A stretch of DNA of 64,000 bases from Leucoraja ocellata (GCA_036785375.1 JAWMAR010000100.1:248001-312000); one strand, 5' to 3'; shown: positions 47,940 to 61,518, numbered from the stretch's first letter. The notes: generated from the sequence alone by a model not told the origin. Numbers and translations are program-made.

Positions 47940-48734
47940 TAATGGTATATACTTCTATCTGGTGTCCACACACACCTCAGCATTCCAGAGAAAACAATTC
48001 AAGTCTATCCACCCTCTCCCTGCAGCTAATACACCCTAATCCATTCATAGAAGTGGCAGAGAGTTGGAAAAAGTAGCTAGTCATTGCAGAGCTGAACTGC
48101 CATCATTTGTTACAAAATCATTTCATGACCTAACACTGAGGTGCAGCAACAGAGACACGTTGGCTTCCTGCAGCTATCACATAAATGACACGATTAAGGG
48201 AAAGCTGCCACACTACATATATCTTCACCAAAGACAAGTGTCAAGGAGCAAAAACAGAGAAATAAACTTGTCAAATATTGCAAGAAAAGAAATATAAATG
48301 TTGCTGGTGGAAAGATGTAGTCAAGACAGTTTGTGGAAGGTAGTGTCAATTGGGCTGAAAATGATGTTCAAAAAGTGATTAATTGGAAAAAATGAGGCAT
48401 TTTTGTGGACTATTTTAATGAAAGTTCAGTCAATTAATAATTAATCACTAGTCTATTTGGCAATATGTTACCCTTACCCATTCCATTTCATCCATTTCGT
48501 CATCTTCATTGCTGAACAAAATATTTTTAGCTAAATAATTTCCCCATACTGAATAGCAAAATTATATGAAATAGATCAATGTGAGATACTTCTGAATATT
48601 TTGATGGGTCTGTAGAACTCTGTTGCCTCCCTGAACTTCATGCAGTCATAAGAATCTCTGTGTCAACAACTCAGTTGTAGATTGTGAAGAAAAATATCTG
48701 AGGAAGAAAGTATCGCTTTATTTCAACAAATCAT

Positions 48735-49590
48735 AAAGTGCTGGAGTAACTCACCAGCTCAAACAGCATCAGTGGAGGTGATGTTTTGTGTCATAAGTTC
48801 ATGTTTATAAGTTCATATGTGATATGAGCAGAATTAGGCCATTCTGCCATCATGTCTATTCTGCCATTCAATCATGGCAGATCTATCTCTCCCTCCTAAC
48901 CCCATACTCCTGCCTTCTCCTCATAACCCCTGACACCCATACTAATCAATAATCTATATTTGTCTGCCTTAAAAATATCAATTGACGGCCTCCACAGCCT
49001 TCCCTGGCAATTAATTCCACAGGAAGTGTTGGGAACCTTCTTCAGACTGATTGTGGAGGGGGTGGGGCATTGAGGTAGTAGAGGGGAGCAAGCTGAAAAC
49101 GAGATGTGGGAGTAGGACGTGTTCTGGAAACTGATAGATGGATACTGGTGAGGATAGTTTGATTCGCAGATGGGTAGAGTAAGTCTAGAGATAAAATGGA
49201 GGCAAAAGAGTGTCAAATAAGGAGAGAAGAAGAGTGAAATACAATGCCAGTGGGAAGGATATAGGTCAAAGGGGACGGGAGGGATGGTAGGGGAGAGGAG
49301 GGACAGGATAGTGGGAGTGCACTGGGATGGAGGAGGCACAGAAAAAAGAGAGGGGGTAAGAAGTATTACTTAGAATTGGAGAATTCAATGTTTAAACTGT
49401 TAGGATGTAAGCTACTGAAGAAAAATATGAAATGCTACTTCTCCAATTTGTATGTGGCTTCACTCTCCATAATGGAGGAGGTCCAGGACAGAAAGGTCAG
49501 TATGAAATAGGAAGGGGAGTTAAAATGGTTTGCAAACAACAGGTCTAGCATGCCTGAGTGGAACGAGCGCCTGGTCTACCCTTAGTTTCT
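48735..49590 (-). mobile_element. Degenerate Penelope 3' end and pLTR, split by a CR1 tail (about 48795-49020)
   Basis: Reverse complement of caaattggagaagtagcatttcata...ttgaattctccaattc matches 41538-41610; ccttcttcagactga at about 49037. Confidence 0.75.
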
Positions 49591-50144
49591 CCATGTACTT
49601 TTCTATGTTGTTAAACATGTCTACAGACTTTTGTTTTTATCAGATAATCTTTACAAGATCAAAGGCAAATTAATTTTGCTAGTTACATTTCTGAAATTTT
49701 TGAAGATTGAAAATAGGTGAATAAAATGTAAATGTTACAAAAGAGGAGACATTTACAATGTCAAGTACTCAAAGTATAACTGCTTATTGAATTAATTAAA
49801 ATTATTAAAATATCCATGCCTTTTTGTAATATTTGGCAAAGCCAGAAAGTTGTGGAGACTTTGTCATCATCAGATTCACAATAGAGGTTGATAGGTTTCT
49901 GGATATTAGAGTAATCAAAAGATATGAATGTAGTGTAGGAAAATATATTAAAGCAGGACATGTTGTAACACTGTGAAAGGACGTGAAAGCCTTCACCTGT
50001 ATTATTTTCTGTTATTCTTTGTTTACAATAATATATTCACTTACATGATATTGAAATCAGACACCACAAATTGTATTGAAAAATATTTTGAATTTATGAT
50101 TTAGACATGATAAAGAATAATGCAACATTCTCTGCAACAATTCC

Positions 50145-51943
50145 TCAGGGTCCTCAGGGAGGTGACTCTAGAAATAGTGGACGCATTGGTGGTCATTTTC
50201 CAATGTTGATTAGATTCAGGATCAGTCCTTGTGGATTGGAGGATGGCCAATGTTATCCCACTTTTCAATAAAGGAGCAAGAGAGAAAACGGGGAATTACA
50301 GACCAGTTAGCCTGATGGAAAAGATGCTGGAGTCAATTATTAAAGAGGTAATAATGGGGCATTTGGATAGCAGTAAAAGGATTAGTCCAAGCCAGTATTG
50401 AATTATGAAAGTAAAATCATGCTTGTCTAATCTTCCTGAATTTTTTGAGGATGTGACAAGTAAAATGGACGAAGGGGAGCCAGTGGTTGTAGTGTATCTA
50501 GAATTTCAGAAAGCCTTTGATAAGGTCCCTCATGGGAGACTTGTGACTAAAATTAGAGCACATGGTATTGGGGGTAGGGTGTTGACGTGGATAGAAATTT
50601 GGTTGGCAGACAGGAAGCAAAGAGTAGGAGTGAACGGGTCCTTTTCAGAATGGCAGGCAGTGGCGAGTGGAGTGCCGCAAGGCTCGGTGTTGGGGCCGCA
50701 ACTGTTTACCATATATATTAATGTTTGGAAGAGGGAATTTGGAGCAACACTAGCAAGTTTGCGGATTAGACAAAACTGGGTGGCAGTGTGAACTAAGTAG
50801 AGCATGTTAGGAGGTTGCAGGGTGACCTGGACATGTTGAGTGAGTGGGCAGATGCGTGGCAGATGCAGTATAATATAGATAAATGTGAGGTTATCCACTT
50901 TGGTGGCAAAAACAAGGGGGCAGATTATTGTCTGAATGGGGTTAGATTACGTAAGGGGGAGGTACAGTGAGACCTGGGTGTCCTTGTACACCGATCACTG
51001 AAAGTTGGCGTGCACGTACAGCAGGCAGTGAGGAAAGATAATGGAATGTTGGCCTTCATAACAAGAGGATTTCAGTATAGGAGTAGAGAGGTTCTTCTGC
51101 AGTTGTATAGGGCTCTGGTAAGACCACATCTGGAGTATTGTGTACAGTTTTGATCTCCTAATGTGAGGAACGATATTCTTGTGATTGAGGTAGTGCAGCG
51201 TAGTTTCACGAGATTAATCCCTGGAACGGCGGGATACGAGCAAAGATTGAAAAGACTAGGCTTGTATTCACTGGAGTTTAGAAGGAGGAGTGGAGATCTT
51301 GTAGAAACATAAAATTATAAAAGGACTGGACGTACCTTTTAAATGCTGTAACCAATTTAAATGCAATAGCCACTTCTGAATAGCATTCCACATCCCAATA
51401 ATTTATGCATGAAAATATCTTGCCTTATGTATCTGAAGCTGATGAGATAATGAGCAGCTTGTCAATGGAAGTAACAATCTGTGTTTAACCTGTTTATTCT
51501 TTTCAACATTTCAAAACACCTCTGCCAAATTCCTCCATCAAAAATTTCAGTTCAGAACAATAGAGAATCAGTTGTTCCCACGCTTCGTAGAATCACATCT
51601 GATAGCTAGATGCAGAAAAAATGTTCCCAATGTTGAGCGAGTCCAGAACCAGGGGCCACAATCTTAGAATAAAGGGGAGGCCATTTAAGACTGAGGTGAG
51701 AAAAAACTTTTTCACCCAAACAGTTGTGAATTTGCGGAATTTCCTGCCACAGAGGGCAGTGGATGCCAGATCACTGGATGGATTTAAGAGAGAGTAAGAT
51801 AGAGCTCTAGTGGAATCAAGGGATATGGGGAGAAGGCAAGCACAGGTTATTGATTGGGTACGATCAGCCATGATCACAATGAATAATGGTGCTAGCTCGA
51901 AGGGCCAATTGGCCTCTTCCTGCACCTATTTTCTATGTTTCTC
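50145..51943 (+). mobile_element. CR1/HER1 LINE RT to 3' end, interrupted at 51332-51603
   Basis: KSCLSNL.EFFEDVT, EFQKAFDKVPH, SGVPQGSVLGPQLFTIYIN; 3' part resumes at agctagatgcag. Confidence 0.92.
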
Positions 51944-52289
51944 TTTAATTTAGCCAATGCATATTTGCAGAAAATACTTGCCATCAAATGGCATTTTAAA
52001 ATATCAATGAATGGTTCCATGTAATGAGTCTGTATCACTGCTGCATTGTCTTTCTACCCCTTTCTGTTCACTGTAGTTTCTGTCACAAGATTGGTAACTT
52101 TTGGAAACTGCACAACAAAAAGTTGTCTCAAACAATATAATGACCTGAGATACAACAGAATGAGTAGTTTTTGTGTGAGCAGTTTTTGTGGGTGGATGAC
52201 ATTTTATATTTCAAAGTTGGTATTTGTTTATTCACCCTGCATCTATCATTGAACACTTGAATCTTTCACAATAAGCAAGAATGGTACAG

Positions 52290-52568
52290 CACCGTGGGAC
52301 AGCGGTAGAGCTGCTGTCTTACAGTGATGGAGACTATTTAGGTTTGATTCTCACTACTGGTGCTGTCTGTACAGAGTTTGTACGTTCTCCCTGTGACCAC
52401 GTGGGTTTTCTCAGGGTGCTCCCATTTCCTCCCACATGTTGGTAGGTTAAGTGGTTTCTGTAAGTTGTTCCCAGTGTGTAGGATAAAACAGGTGATCACT
52501 GGTCAATGCAGACTCAATGATCCGAAGGGCCTGCTTCCATCCTATACCTCTAATGTTAACTAAACTAA
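52290..52568 (+). mobile_element. Degenerate V-SINE
   Basis: Head, V-domain and tail recognisable. Confidence 0.8.
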
Positions 52569-53416
52569 TCCTTGGATTTTATTCTTGGAACAGCCTCTCT
52601 GGCTCTGTGTTCCTACTCCTAAAAAGTTATGACAACTTATTCAATCTGTAAGGACCATTCCTTCAGCCAAGGTAGTAATTTCCATGGGGGGAGGGAGGGG
52701 CACGACAGTCTGAACAAGAAGTAGTCACGTCCTTGACAAAACACTGCTTTACTTTTCTTGACTGTTCTTTACCAAGGACGCAAACAAGGCTAGTTCTGCA
52801 AATTGAAGAACAAGAGGAATAGTTGAAACATGTCAAGATAGATTGTTTCCAAATGCCACCGTAATTTGTTGTTTTGAGCTTGGAGGGATAAGATGAAAAT
52901 AAAATGCAACAGAGGTAAGGCTCCACTCAAAGCAGCCATAATTAACTGTCTTCATGACATTGCCTACATCATAGAACTATAGTCATGGTCATAGTCATAC
53001 CGCTTAGAAGCAGGTCCTTTGGCCCAACTTGCACATGCCAACCAAGACGCCCCATCTATATTATTCCCACCTACCCATATTTGACCCAAATCCCTGTACA
53101 ACTTATCTATCTGTATTCCTGTCAAAATGTCTTTGAAATATTGTTGTTATACCTATCTCACTACCTCCTCTGGCAGGTTGTGGCATATACCCAACACTCT
53201 CTGTGTGAAAAAGTTGCTCTTCAGGTTCCTGTAAAATCAATCCCCTTTAAACCTATGAGTCTAGGTAAAAGACTGTGCATTCAGCCTATATACACCTCTA
53301 TAAGATCACTGCTCATCACTCTGCACTCCAATTAATAAAAACCTAGCATGCTCAACATCTCCTTATAGCTCAGGCCCTCAAGACCTGGCAACATTCTTGT
53401 AAATCTTCTCTGCACT

Positions 53417-53500
53417 GAGATGCTGTCTGTCCTACTGTATTACTCCAGCATTTTGTGCTTATCTTCTGTGTAAACCAGCATCTGCAGTTCTTCCTACACA
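53417..53500 (+). mobile_element. 84-bp Penelope pLTR fragment with 11-bp TSD, inside an old CR1-like LINE (about 52970-53600, minus)
   Basis: ttctctgcact at 53406-53416 and 53501-53511. Confidence 0.8.
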
Positions 53501-54739
53501 TTCTCTGCACTCTTTCCAGCTGAACAGCATTCTATAACAGGGTAACCAAAGCTGAACACAATACTCCAAATGCAGCCTCACCAGGGTCTTGTACAACTGT
53601 AATTATATTGAATGGTGGTGCTGGCTCGAAGGGCCGAATGGCCTACTGCTGCACGTATTGTCTATCTTCTATTGACCGTAATATGGACTGTCCTCGACAT
53701 CTCCATTAACTGTCCCAAAATCCCCAATCTTCACGACTTTCTCCATGGGAAAAACAGAGGAGAAATATTAATTGAGGACTTTGCCCATCTCCTGCGGCTC
53801 CACACAGATAGCCACTTTGTTTTCTGAGGAGCCCTATTCTCTCTCTAGTTACCCTCTTTCATTTAATGTACTTAATGTGCTTCTTCCTTACATGGAGGAA
53901 AAGTCAACATGGAAAGTACCAATCAGTACATTATCCTTAAACTACGTGAAGGAGTCTTGCAGCAAAATTAGCCTGCTGCGTACATCCATGGCATATATCT
54001 CTGTCAGGAAACAATTCTTTTAGCAGAATAAGTAAACATTTGGACTGCTTTCTTCTTTTGGTTTTCTGATTCCATTGATCAAAATATAGATTTTTCAGTC
54101 CTTACCAATAAAGCATGAGCTTACTGCTACCTAGTGGGCTATGGGCACAAAGGAATTTGAGCTTGTGGTGAACTTAGTTGGTTTAGACATAAGAGGGGTG
54201 CCAATGCTCAATCAGCAGTTGTCAACTCTCCTCAGAAACCTGCAAAGGAAGTGAGTCCTGAGGCACTTATGATCAAAATGTCTCAGTAAGAGATACCTGT
54301 TCTACAAACCCTGGTGTGTGTATGGAGAACACACATCTTCTGTTATGCCTTACACTGACATGTGCTATTTCAGCCTTAGACATGTCTTTATCCTCTTTGT
54401 TATCACTGTAAATAAATTGTAGATTGCTGATACAAATTCCCTATGCGTTGCCATATTTTGAGTAGAACAGAACAAAAATAGAATCAAAAGACCTTATGAA
54501 ATCTTCAAGGCGCCAAAGAGATTGATATACAGGACACCCAACATCAGTCTTCAGCCAAAATCATTTTCAAGCAATATCCACGTCAGATATATTTTCCTGG
54601 GCTTGCCACTACCCACACGATAATGACAAAACATTGTTAAGATTTGGATCGGAAGCGTAGCTCAGCCCAATGTTCTCCAGACCAATTTAATCCTAATCAA
54701 AGAGGTTGAACTAAGTTCCTTATAAACTTAGAAAGGGGT

Positions 54740-54970
54740 TGTGTGTGTCTGTCTGTTTGTGTAAGTGTGTCATCTATGTGTAGTGTGTGTGTGTGGCTTT
54801 GTGTGTGTCTGTCTGTGCGTGTGTGTGCATATCTGTTTGCACTTGTCTGTCAGTGTGTGTGTTTGTGTGTCTGTTTGTTTGTGTGTCTGCCTGTGTGTAT
54901 GTGTGTCTTTTTGTGCATGTCTGTGCATGTGTTTCTGCGTACATCTGTGTGTGTGTGCATGGGTGTGTAC
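54740..54970. repeat. Degenerate (GT)n microsatellite
   Basis: Seen directly. Confidence 0.9.
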
Positions 54971-56049
54971 ACATGCCTCATCACCACCCTTTTTTGTTTG
55001 CCACCTTGGATCTGCCTCAAAATGTCAGCTACTTGTTTGGCAAATCAACCCTAATTATTTTGATTCTTCATCAAGACTCTGAGAACAGAATCTTTATTAA
55101 AGATAAATACGTCAATATGGTGAGGTGTATTCAGAATTCCCCTGCTCACTTAATTACAGCTATTCACAAATACAATGAGAATCTTTAATTTGTAAAAAGC
55201 CTTCAAAAGCAAAAAGATACATTATTTTTGAGAAAATGACAATACCATTAATTGTGGTTATATTATCAATGCACAGTCACCAATGCAAATCTTGTGATTC
55301 CATATTCAGTTTTGATCAGTACAAAGAGTGCAGTTAGCAGCAATACTGATTCTGAATGTAAGGCATTAAGCTCTGAGGAGGGATTGGAGGATCTTATGAT
55401 TCACCGTACCAAAAGAAAATGGCTTAGAGGTGATTTCCAAAGGATTTTCAAAGAAGTGCATAAAATATAAATGATGTGGGGAAAGCAAGTCCAAATTGTA
55501 ACTTCAAAATAAATGAGAGAAGTAGGGCTAGAGGACATAAATGGAAATTAGTGAAAAATAAATGTAAAATATCTCAGTGAATGTGGTGAGTGTTTCGTGT
55601 ACGGTGGTAGGGTTCTGGAGAAAATACTGAAATAGTTTTATGGCATCTTTGATGCAGCGAGGGGAGGAGCTTTCATGGGCTTTGACTGTTCACATCAGTC
55701 AGGAAATTGCATGTTTAAAGGGTTAAGGCATCTGTGGCATTTTAATGTCCTTGCTGCTAACCCTCACTCGCTGAAACAATGCTTCAATATTTCTTCATTG
55801 TCATGTACGCATGGCAGAGTAACATTATTTTTGCATAGCTCACACATGCACGAGTCACCATATTTTTGCGCCATTTACAAAAGTCCAATTAATCCAGAAA
55901 CATGGGCAAGGCAATCCTGAGATCTCAGGTCAAATCCTGCACGGAAATTGTGGAAGTTAAATTCACTTAATATCCTGTCAGTAAATTAAGCATCGATCCA
56001 CAAAACGACTGGATTATTGTGCAAACCCATTTTATTTAGTAATGTCCCA

Positions 56050-56400
56050 CAGGCAGGATAGGTTTTGAGAAGAAACAATTCTTGAAACTGGAGGTCATGG
56101 TTTTCAAACTCCTATAACTTCTTCCCGATGATAGGAGTGAAATGAGAGAGTGTCTAAGGTTGTGACGGTCCTTGATGATGTTGCTACCTTTTTGAGGCAG
56201 CGCTTCCTTTGGATACCTTTGATGCTGGGTAGATCAGTATCCGTATTGGACCAGGCAGTGTCCACCACTTTTGATAATCCTTGTTCTTGGGTGTTCAAGT
56301 TGCTGAACCAGGTCGAGAAACTACCAGTCAATATGCACCTACCATGCACCTGTAGTTCAAGTAAGTATTTGTCAAGAATGAGGAGACACTGAGGCTACCA
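56050..56400 (-). mobile_element. Degenerate Rex1-like RT 3' fragment
   Basis: CILTGSFSTWFSNLNTQE...KVVDTAW...DLPSIKGI..KRCLKK resembles the 61.5-kb copy. Confidence 0.75.
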
Positions 56401-57098
56401 AAGGGCAACGCCAGCGAGAATCAATCACACAACAATGGTTTTGTGGTTAAAATGGCACATTCTTCTGGTTATGTTTGTTCGATCTACAGGTGCAAATGTA
56501 ACTTAGAGTTACTTATTATATAGATTGATTAATTTCACCCCAAACATCATGCTTAAAGAGTTCTGATGGTTTATATTTCCTTCAGTGGAAGCAGTGAGGA
56601 AGCTTTTATGCTTGAACATTTATTTTTGGAGTTTTTCTCTTTAGGTTTTCTATGACATGCTCCCTATGGATCAGAATAAAATGTTTTTTTTTAAACCAAA
56701 TGCTTTTATGACATGCAATCCTCTTAACTGCAGAAAACTACTAATCCACATGCAATGCTAAACCTGATTTTAGTGCGTTAGCGAAAGAGTTAAAAAAACA
56801 TCGCCCTTGGGATCAGATGTAATTAAAGTGAGCAAGCAGCTGAGTCTGTAATAGTGAACGTGCCAATGTGAGTTTTTTCCTGCTTAGCTGGGATTTGCAG
56901 AGGTTTTTGTTTGAAGTGTGATATGGGGAATGGGACAAGATGTTGTGCAGAATTAAAGCATAGGTTAAAATAAAAATGTATTTATTGGAATGAATTACAA
57001 AACTTTAATTCAGAAACACTGCCGATCCCCCCAGTTGTAGTTACAATGAAAATACTAGTTTAACATTGATGGAAGGATCGTAATGGCTTTTTTTTTTT

Positions 57099-57192
57099 GA
57101 GTTTGAAGAAGGGTTTCGGCCCGAAACGATGCCTATTTCCTTCGCACCATAAATGCTGCCTCACCTGCTGAGTTTCTCCAGCATTTTTGTCA
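57099..57192 (+). mobile_element. Penelope pLTR mini-copy with a mutated hammerhead core
   Basis: ttgaagaagggtttcggcccgaaacgatgcctatttcc. Confidence 0.8.
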
Positions 57193-57844
57193 ATCAACTC
57201 ATGGCTTTGTTGGTTTTTCATCTGTACATTTTTGAACGTATGAACCTCCTTGGTCAAATAAACATGAATTCACAATCGCATCACTACCATGTTGAATCAT
57301 TCGATACCAAACTAATGAACTAGAGATACTTAAAGAATATTTCACTGTCTTTTTTTTCCTTCACTGTTAATCCGCCTGAGCTCAGAGTATTGAACAAAGA
57401 CAAAATACTCCACAGTTCATTACAGTTCAAGCACTGCACTGCCATCAAGGATTCTGGTGCTCTGCAGTGCAGATGTATGTCAAGTGGATGGACCATAAAA
57501 GAGAGTAGCGTTGTCATTATGCAATCAGCCAGAGTCCGCAGAGCATAGACCATTTGTGACATTATTGTCCCAATATTAGCCGCTGTATCTGCCTGATAAG
57601 GCATTATTTCCCACAAATATCTTTTGTCTTAATAGGAATGTTTGATTGTTCAGTTTAGAGCAAAACATTCGATGGGAATGAATGATTAAATACAGTTTAG
57701 CACAAAGTAAAATGTAACTAAGTTGCAAATTAGAGTGCTTCATTTCTCAGCATTTTAATGGAATTTTACAGATTGTTTGAAAATAGATGCCAATTATTTG
57801 TCTTTCCTCCAGTACCTTATCTTAGCCTAAAGGCTATGATATAG

Positions 57845-58060
57845 TGTAGAAGTAAGGAACTGTGGATGCTAGCTTAACAAAGAAAGACATGTTAGAGTAA
57901 CTCGGTGGATTAGGCAGCATCCCTGGAGAAAATTGACAGGGGACATTTCAGGTGGGACTTTGGGTAGGAGTCTGAAGAAGGGTTCCAACTTGAAACATCA
58001 CCGAATCATGTTCTCCAGGGATGCTGCCTGACCTGCTGGGTTCCTCCAGCATTTTGTGCT
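57845..58060. mobile_element. Inverted Penelope pLTR pair
   Basis: Minus arm aggaactgtggatgct...ggcagcatccctggaga; plus arm ctgaagaagggttccaacttgaaacatcacc...tctccagggatgctgcc. Confidence 0.75.
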
Positions 58061-58065
58061 TAGGC

Positions 58066-59257
58066 TTAGAAATACATAGAAACATAGAAAAATAGATGCA
58101 GGAGTAGACACTTCGGCCCTTCGAGCCAGCACCGCTATTCAATATGATCATGGCTGATCATCTAAAATCAGTATCCTGTTCCTGCTTTTTCCGCATATCC
58201 CTTGATTCCTTTAGCTCCAAGAGCTAAATCGAACTCTCTCTTGAAAACATCCAGTGAATTGGCCTTCGCTGCCTTCTGTGGCAGAGAATTCCACAGATTC
58301 ACAACTTTCTGGGTGAAGAAGGTTTCTGTCATCTGTCCTAAATGGCCTACCCCATATTCTTAAATTGTAATTCCTGGTTCTGGACTCCCCCAAAATCAAG
58401 AATATTTTTCCTGCATCTAGCCTGTCCAATTCGTTAAGAATTTTATATGTATTTATAAGATCCCCTCTCTTCCTAAATTCCAGTAAATACAAGCCCAGTC
58501 GACCCATTCTTTCATCATATGTCAGTCTAGCCATCCTGAGAATTAACCTGGTGAACCTTATGCTGCATTCCCTCCATAGCAATGATGTTCTTTCTCAAAT
58601 TAGGAGACCAAAATTACACACAATTCCCCAGGTGCGGTCTCACCAGGGCCCTGCATAACTGCAGTAGGACCTCCTTGCCCCTAAACTGAATTTGTCTCAC
58701 AATGAAGGCCAACATGTCATTAGCTTTCTTCACTGCCTGCTTACTTCCAGTGACTGGTGTACAAGCACACCCAGGTCTCTTTGCACCTCCCCTTTTCCTA
58801 AGATGACACCATTCAGATATTAATCTGTGTTCCTGTTCTTGTCACCAAAGTGGATAACCACACATTTATCCACATTATATTGCATCTGCCATGCATCTGC
58901 CCACTCACCCAACCTGTCCAAGTCACCCTGCAATCTCATAGCATCCTCCTCACAGCTAACACTGCCACCCAGCTTTGTGTCATCCACAAACTTGGAGATG
59001 TAACATTTAATTCCCTCATCTAAATCATTAATATATATTGTAAATAACTGGGGTTCCAGCACCGAGCCTTGCGACACCCCACTGGTCACTGCCTGCCATT
59101 CTGAAAAGGACCAGTTAATTCCTACTCCTTGCTTCCTGTCTGCCAACCAGTTCTCTATCCATGTCAATACCCTACCCCCAATACAATGTGCTCTAATTTT
59201 GCACACTAATCTCTTGTGTGGAGCCTTATCAAAGGCTTTTTGAAAGTCCAGATACAT
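58066..59257 (-). mobile_element. CR1/HER1 LINE RT to 3' end
   Basis: YLDFQKAFDKAPH, SGVSQGSVLEP, KFVDDTKL. Confidence 0.92.
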
Positions 59258-59852
59258 CTTATGTTAGTCACAATCATTTGGAAAATATCTTATCAAACTT
59301 CACACGATTTGCCTCTTAGCACCCACATATGCCCCATGCGTTCACATATATCCAACAGTCAAACATGAAATTCTGGCTCATTTTCTGTTTCCTATTCTTG
59401 AGATACTAAAGTAAATCGTAAAGCAGCACCAATTGTCTCTTTAACTGAGATGGATAATGATTGTGCAGACCAGGTACTACATCTGTTTCAATGACTGTTG
59501 CTCAATCACACGGAGCTTATATAAAATGGATGATTACTTTTCTACATCAACAAATTTTGTGCTGAACCATAAGTAAAATGAAGATGATATTTCTGGCAAG
59601 AAGTTCCTAAAATGGCTTTCATTGAAAGATGAAAGATTTTTTATTTTAGGGTTAACAAAAATATGTCTAGAATTTGCATTGTACCTATCTTGGTGAATGA
59701 AACATGCCATTGCGTATAATATTAGTACCAAATTGATCCTTCCTAAAAGATCAAGAAAATGGTTATCAAGAGAATATAGACATAGAAACACTACTATCAG
59801 AGTTTCTACCTGAATGGATAAGGAGAATTATGAGTCCTGGCAAAAAATAGTA

Positions 59853-61518
59853 CAGGTGCACAACCTTTTATCCGACAGCCTTGGGACCAGACACTTTTCG
59901 TAATTTGGAATTTGTCGGTCTTCGGAATGGAATTTTTTTAGCGTAGATTTTAATGGCTGGCTCAGTGGTAGAGTGCCCGGCTCATATCCGCAAGGTCGCG
60001 AGTTTGCGCCTTGATCTCGGCAGTTCCTCGGTCGCGAGTTTGAGTCTTCAGTGTAGTTTTTTTCTTGCAGAATAAATGTATGTATGAAATGCAGTGTGTT
60101 GAATGAATTCCTGAATTTGTAAATGTGACCGCAGCAATGAATCACCTCCCGCACTCATGTCACCCTAGCGGGGCTACATGCCCTAAGGCGGCCTAAGGCG
60201 ACATTTTCACACTCTTATATCCGTGTGCAGCAGAGGCGCCAAACGTGAGCTTTGGTGTGCAGACGACATCCTGGAAAAAATGTCCGGTATCTTCCAGGTA
60301 GGCGATATACCCTCCCGGGCAATATACCCTCCACTTCTCTTTTATGAAGGTGATTTAGTTCCCCTTTCTTCCAGGACCGACCCGAGGTTCCGCTGTCACC
60401 TCTGCGGGCCACCCTCGGTGAACGCTCACTCAACTTTGTCTTGGGATTCCTACTCTCCCGCGCAATGTACCCTCACCTCTTTTATGAATGGGGATTTAGT
60501 TCCCCTTTCGTCGAGGACCGACCAGAGGTTCCGCTGTCACCTCTGCGGGCCGCCCTCGGTGAACGTCCTGTCTCCCTGTCCCTGGGATAGCAGGGGGCGA
60601 TCAAACAGCACAATACCCCCCTCCCCCTCCCCCCACCCCCAACTCCAGAGGAATCTGCTCCCCGATGGGCCGCTACAGCGACAAGTGGCAGTTCGCCCAC
60701 AGCCCGAGAACAAGACGCACCTTGCGCACCAGCAGCAGCTGCCCCTCTGGAGTTGGAGCGGGGCTGGGCTGGAGTTGCTGATCTGGGATCTCCGTGCTTG
60801 CAGTGGGCCTGGGGGTCGGTGTCCCGATGAGGGGGCACAGCTCGGGCTGTGGGCGAACTGCCACTTGTCGCCGTAGCGGCCCATCGGGGAGCGGCTTCTG
60901 GCGGTCCCGATGTCTCCCGCTAGTTTGCAGTTTTCCTCTGGAGTTGGAGCGGGGCTGGGCTGCTGCTGGCTGTGGGTCTCTGGGATCTCCGTGCTTGCAG
61001 TGGGCCTGGGGGTCGCTGTCCCGTTGGTCCTGACGTCTCCGGTGACTGGGCTTGCCGACGTGAAGACAGTGCAAAGCCCCCGCGCCGGTGCAATGGGCGG
61101 GGAGCTGGAGAGGGGAGGGAAGGGGTCACACACATGGCCAGGAAGCAGAGGGGTGTAGGTGGGGTGAAACTGAAGGGAGCAACAATCTGCTGCCCCCTGC
61201 CCGCTGAGTTAAAACGTTCCCACGCAAGACTCACGATACACTGTATATCGTGAGTCTACCGTGGGAACGTTTTAACTCAGAGGGCAGACAGCAGCATATT
61301 GTCAATTATTAACCCTCCCGCGCAATAGACCCTCACCTTCTCTTTTATGAATGGGGATTTAGTTCCCCTTTCTTCGAGGACCGACCGGAGGTTCCACTGT
61401 CACCTCTGCGGGCCACCCTCCATGAACGTTTTCAAGGACCTTTTTTCAAGGACTGAAAAAATGTCGCTATTCGGAGGTTTTCGTTATTTGGATCTTCGGA
61501 TAAAAGGTTGTGCACCTG
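59853..61518. mobile_element. Non-autonomous Tc1/mariner (pogo/Tigger-like) DNA transposon
   Basis: Perfect TIRs caggtgcacaaccttttatccga / tcggataaaaggttgtgcacctg with TA TSD; no transposase ORF. Confidence 0.9.
59955..60050 (+). pseudogene. tRNA-like (CAT anticodon) cassette inside the DNA transposon
   Basis: D-arm gctc-agtggta-gagt, anticodon arm cgg-ctCATat-ccg, variable loop aaggtc, T-arm/B-box-like ggtcgcgagttt present twice; no proper acceptor stem. Confidence 0.55.

Noticed and set aside
54743-55188. Cys/Val-rich ORFs
   Set aside because: Translation of a (GT)n microsatellite.
57320-57616. 98-aa ORF in unique sequence as a possible host exon
   Set aside because: No recognisable homology or convincing splice context; cannot be supported.
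60223-61253. ORFs inside the TIR element as a possible transposase
   Set aside because: No DDE/D or HTH motif; the peptides simply mirror the internal repeats.
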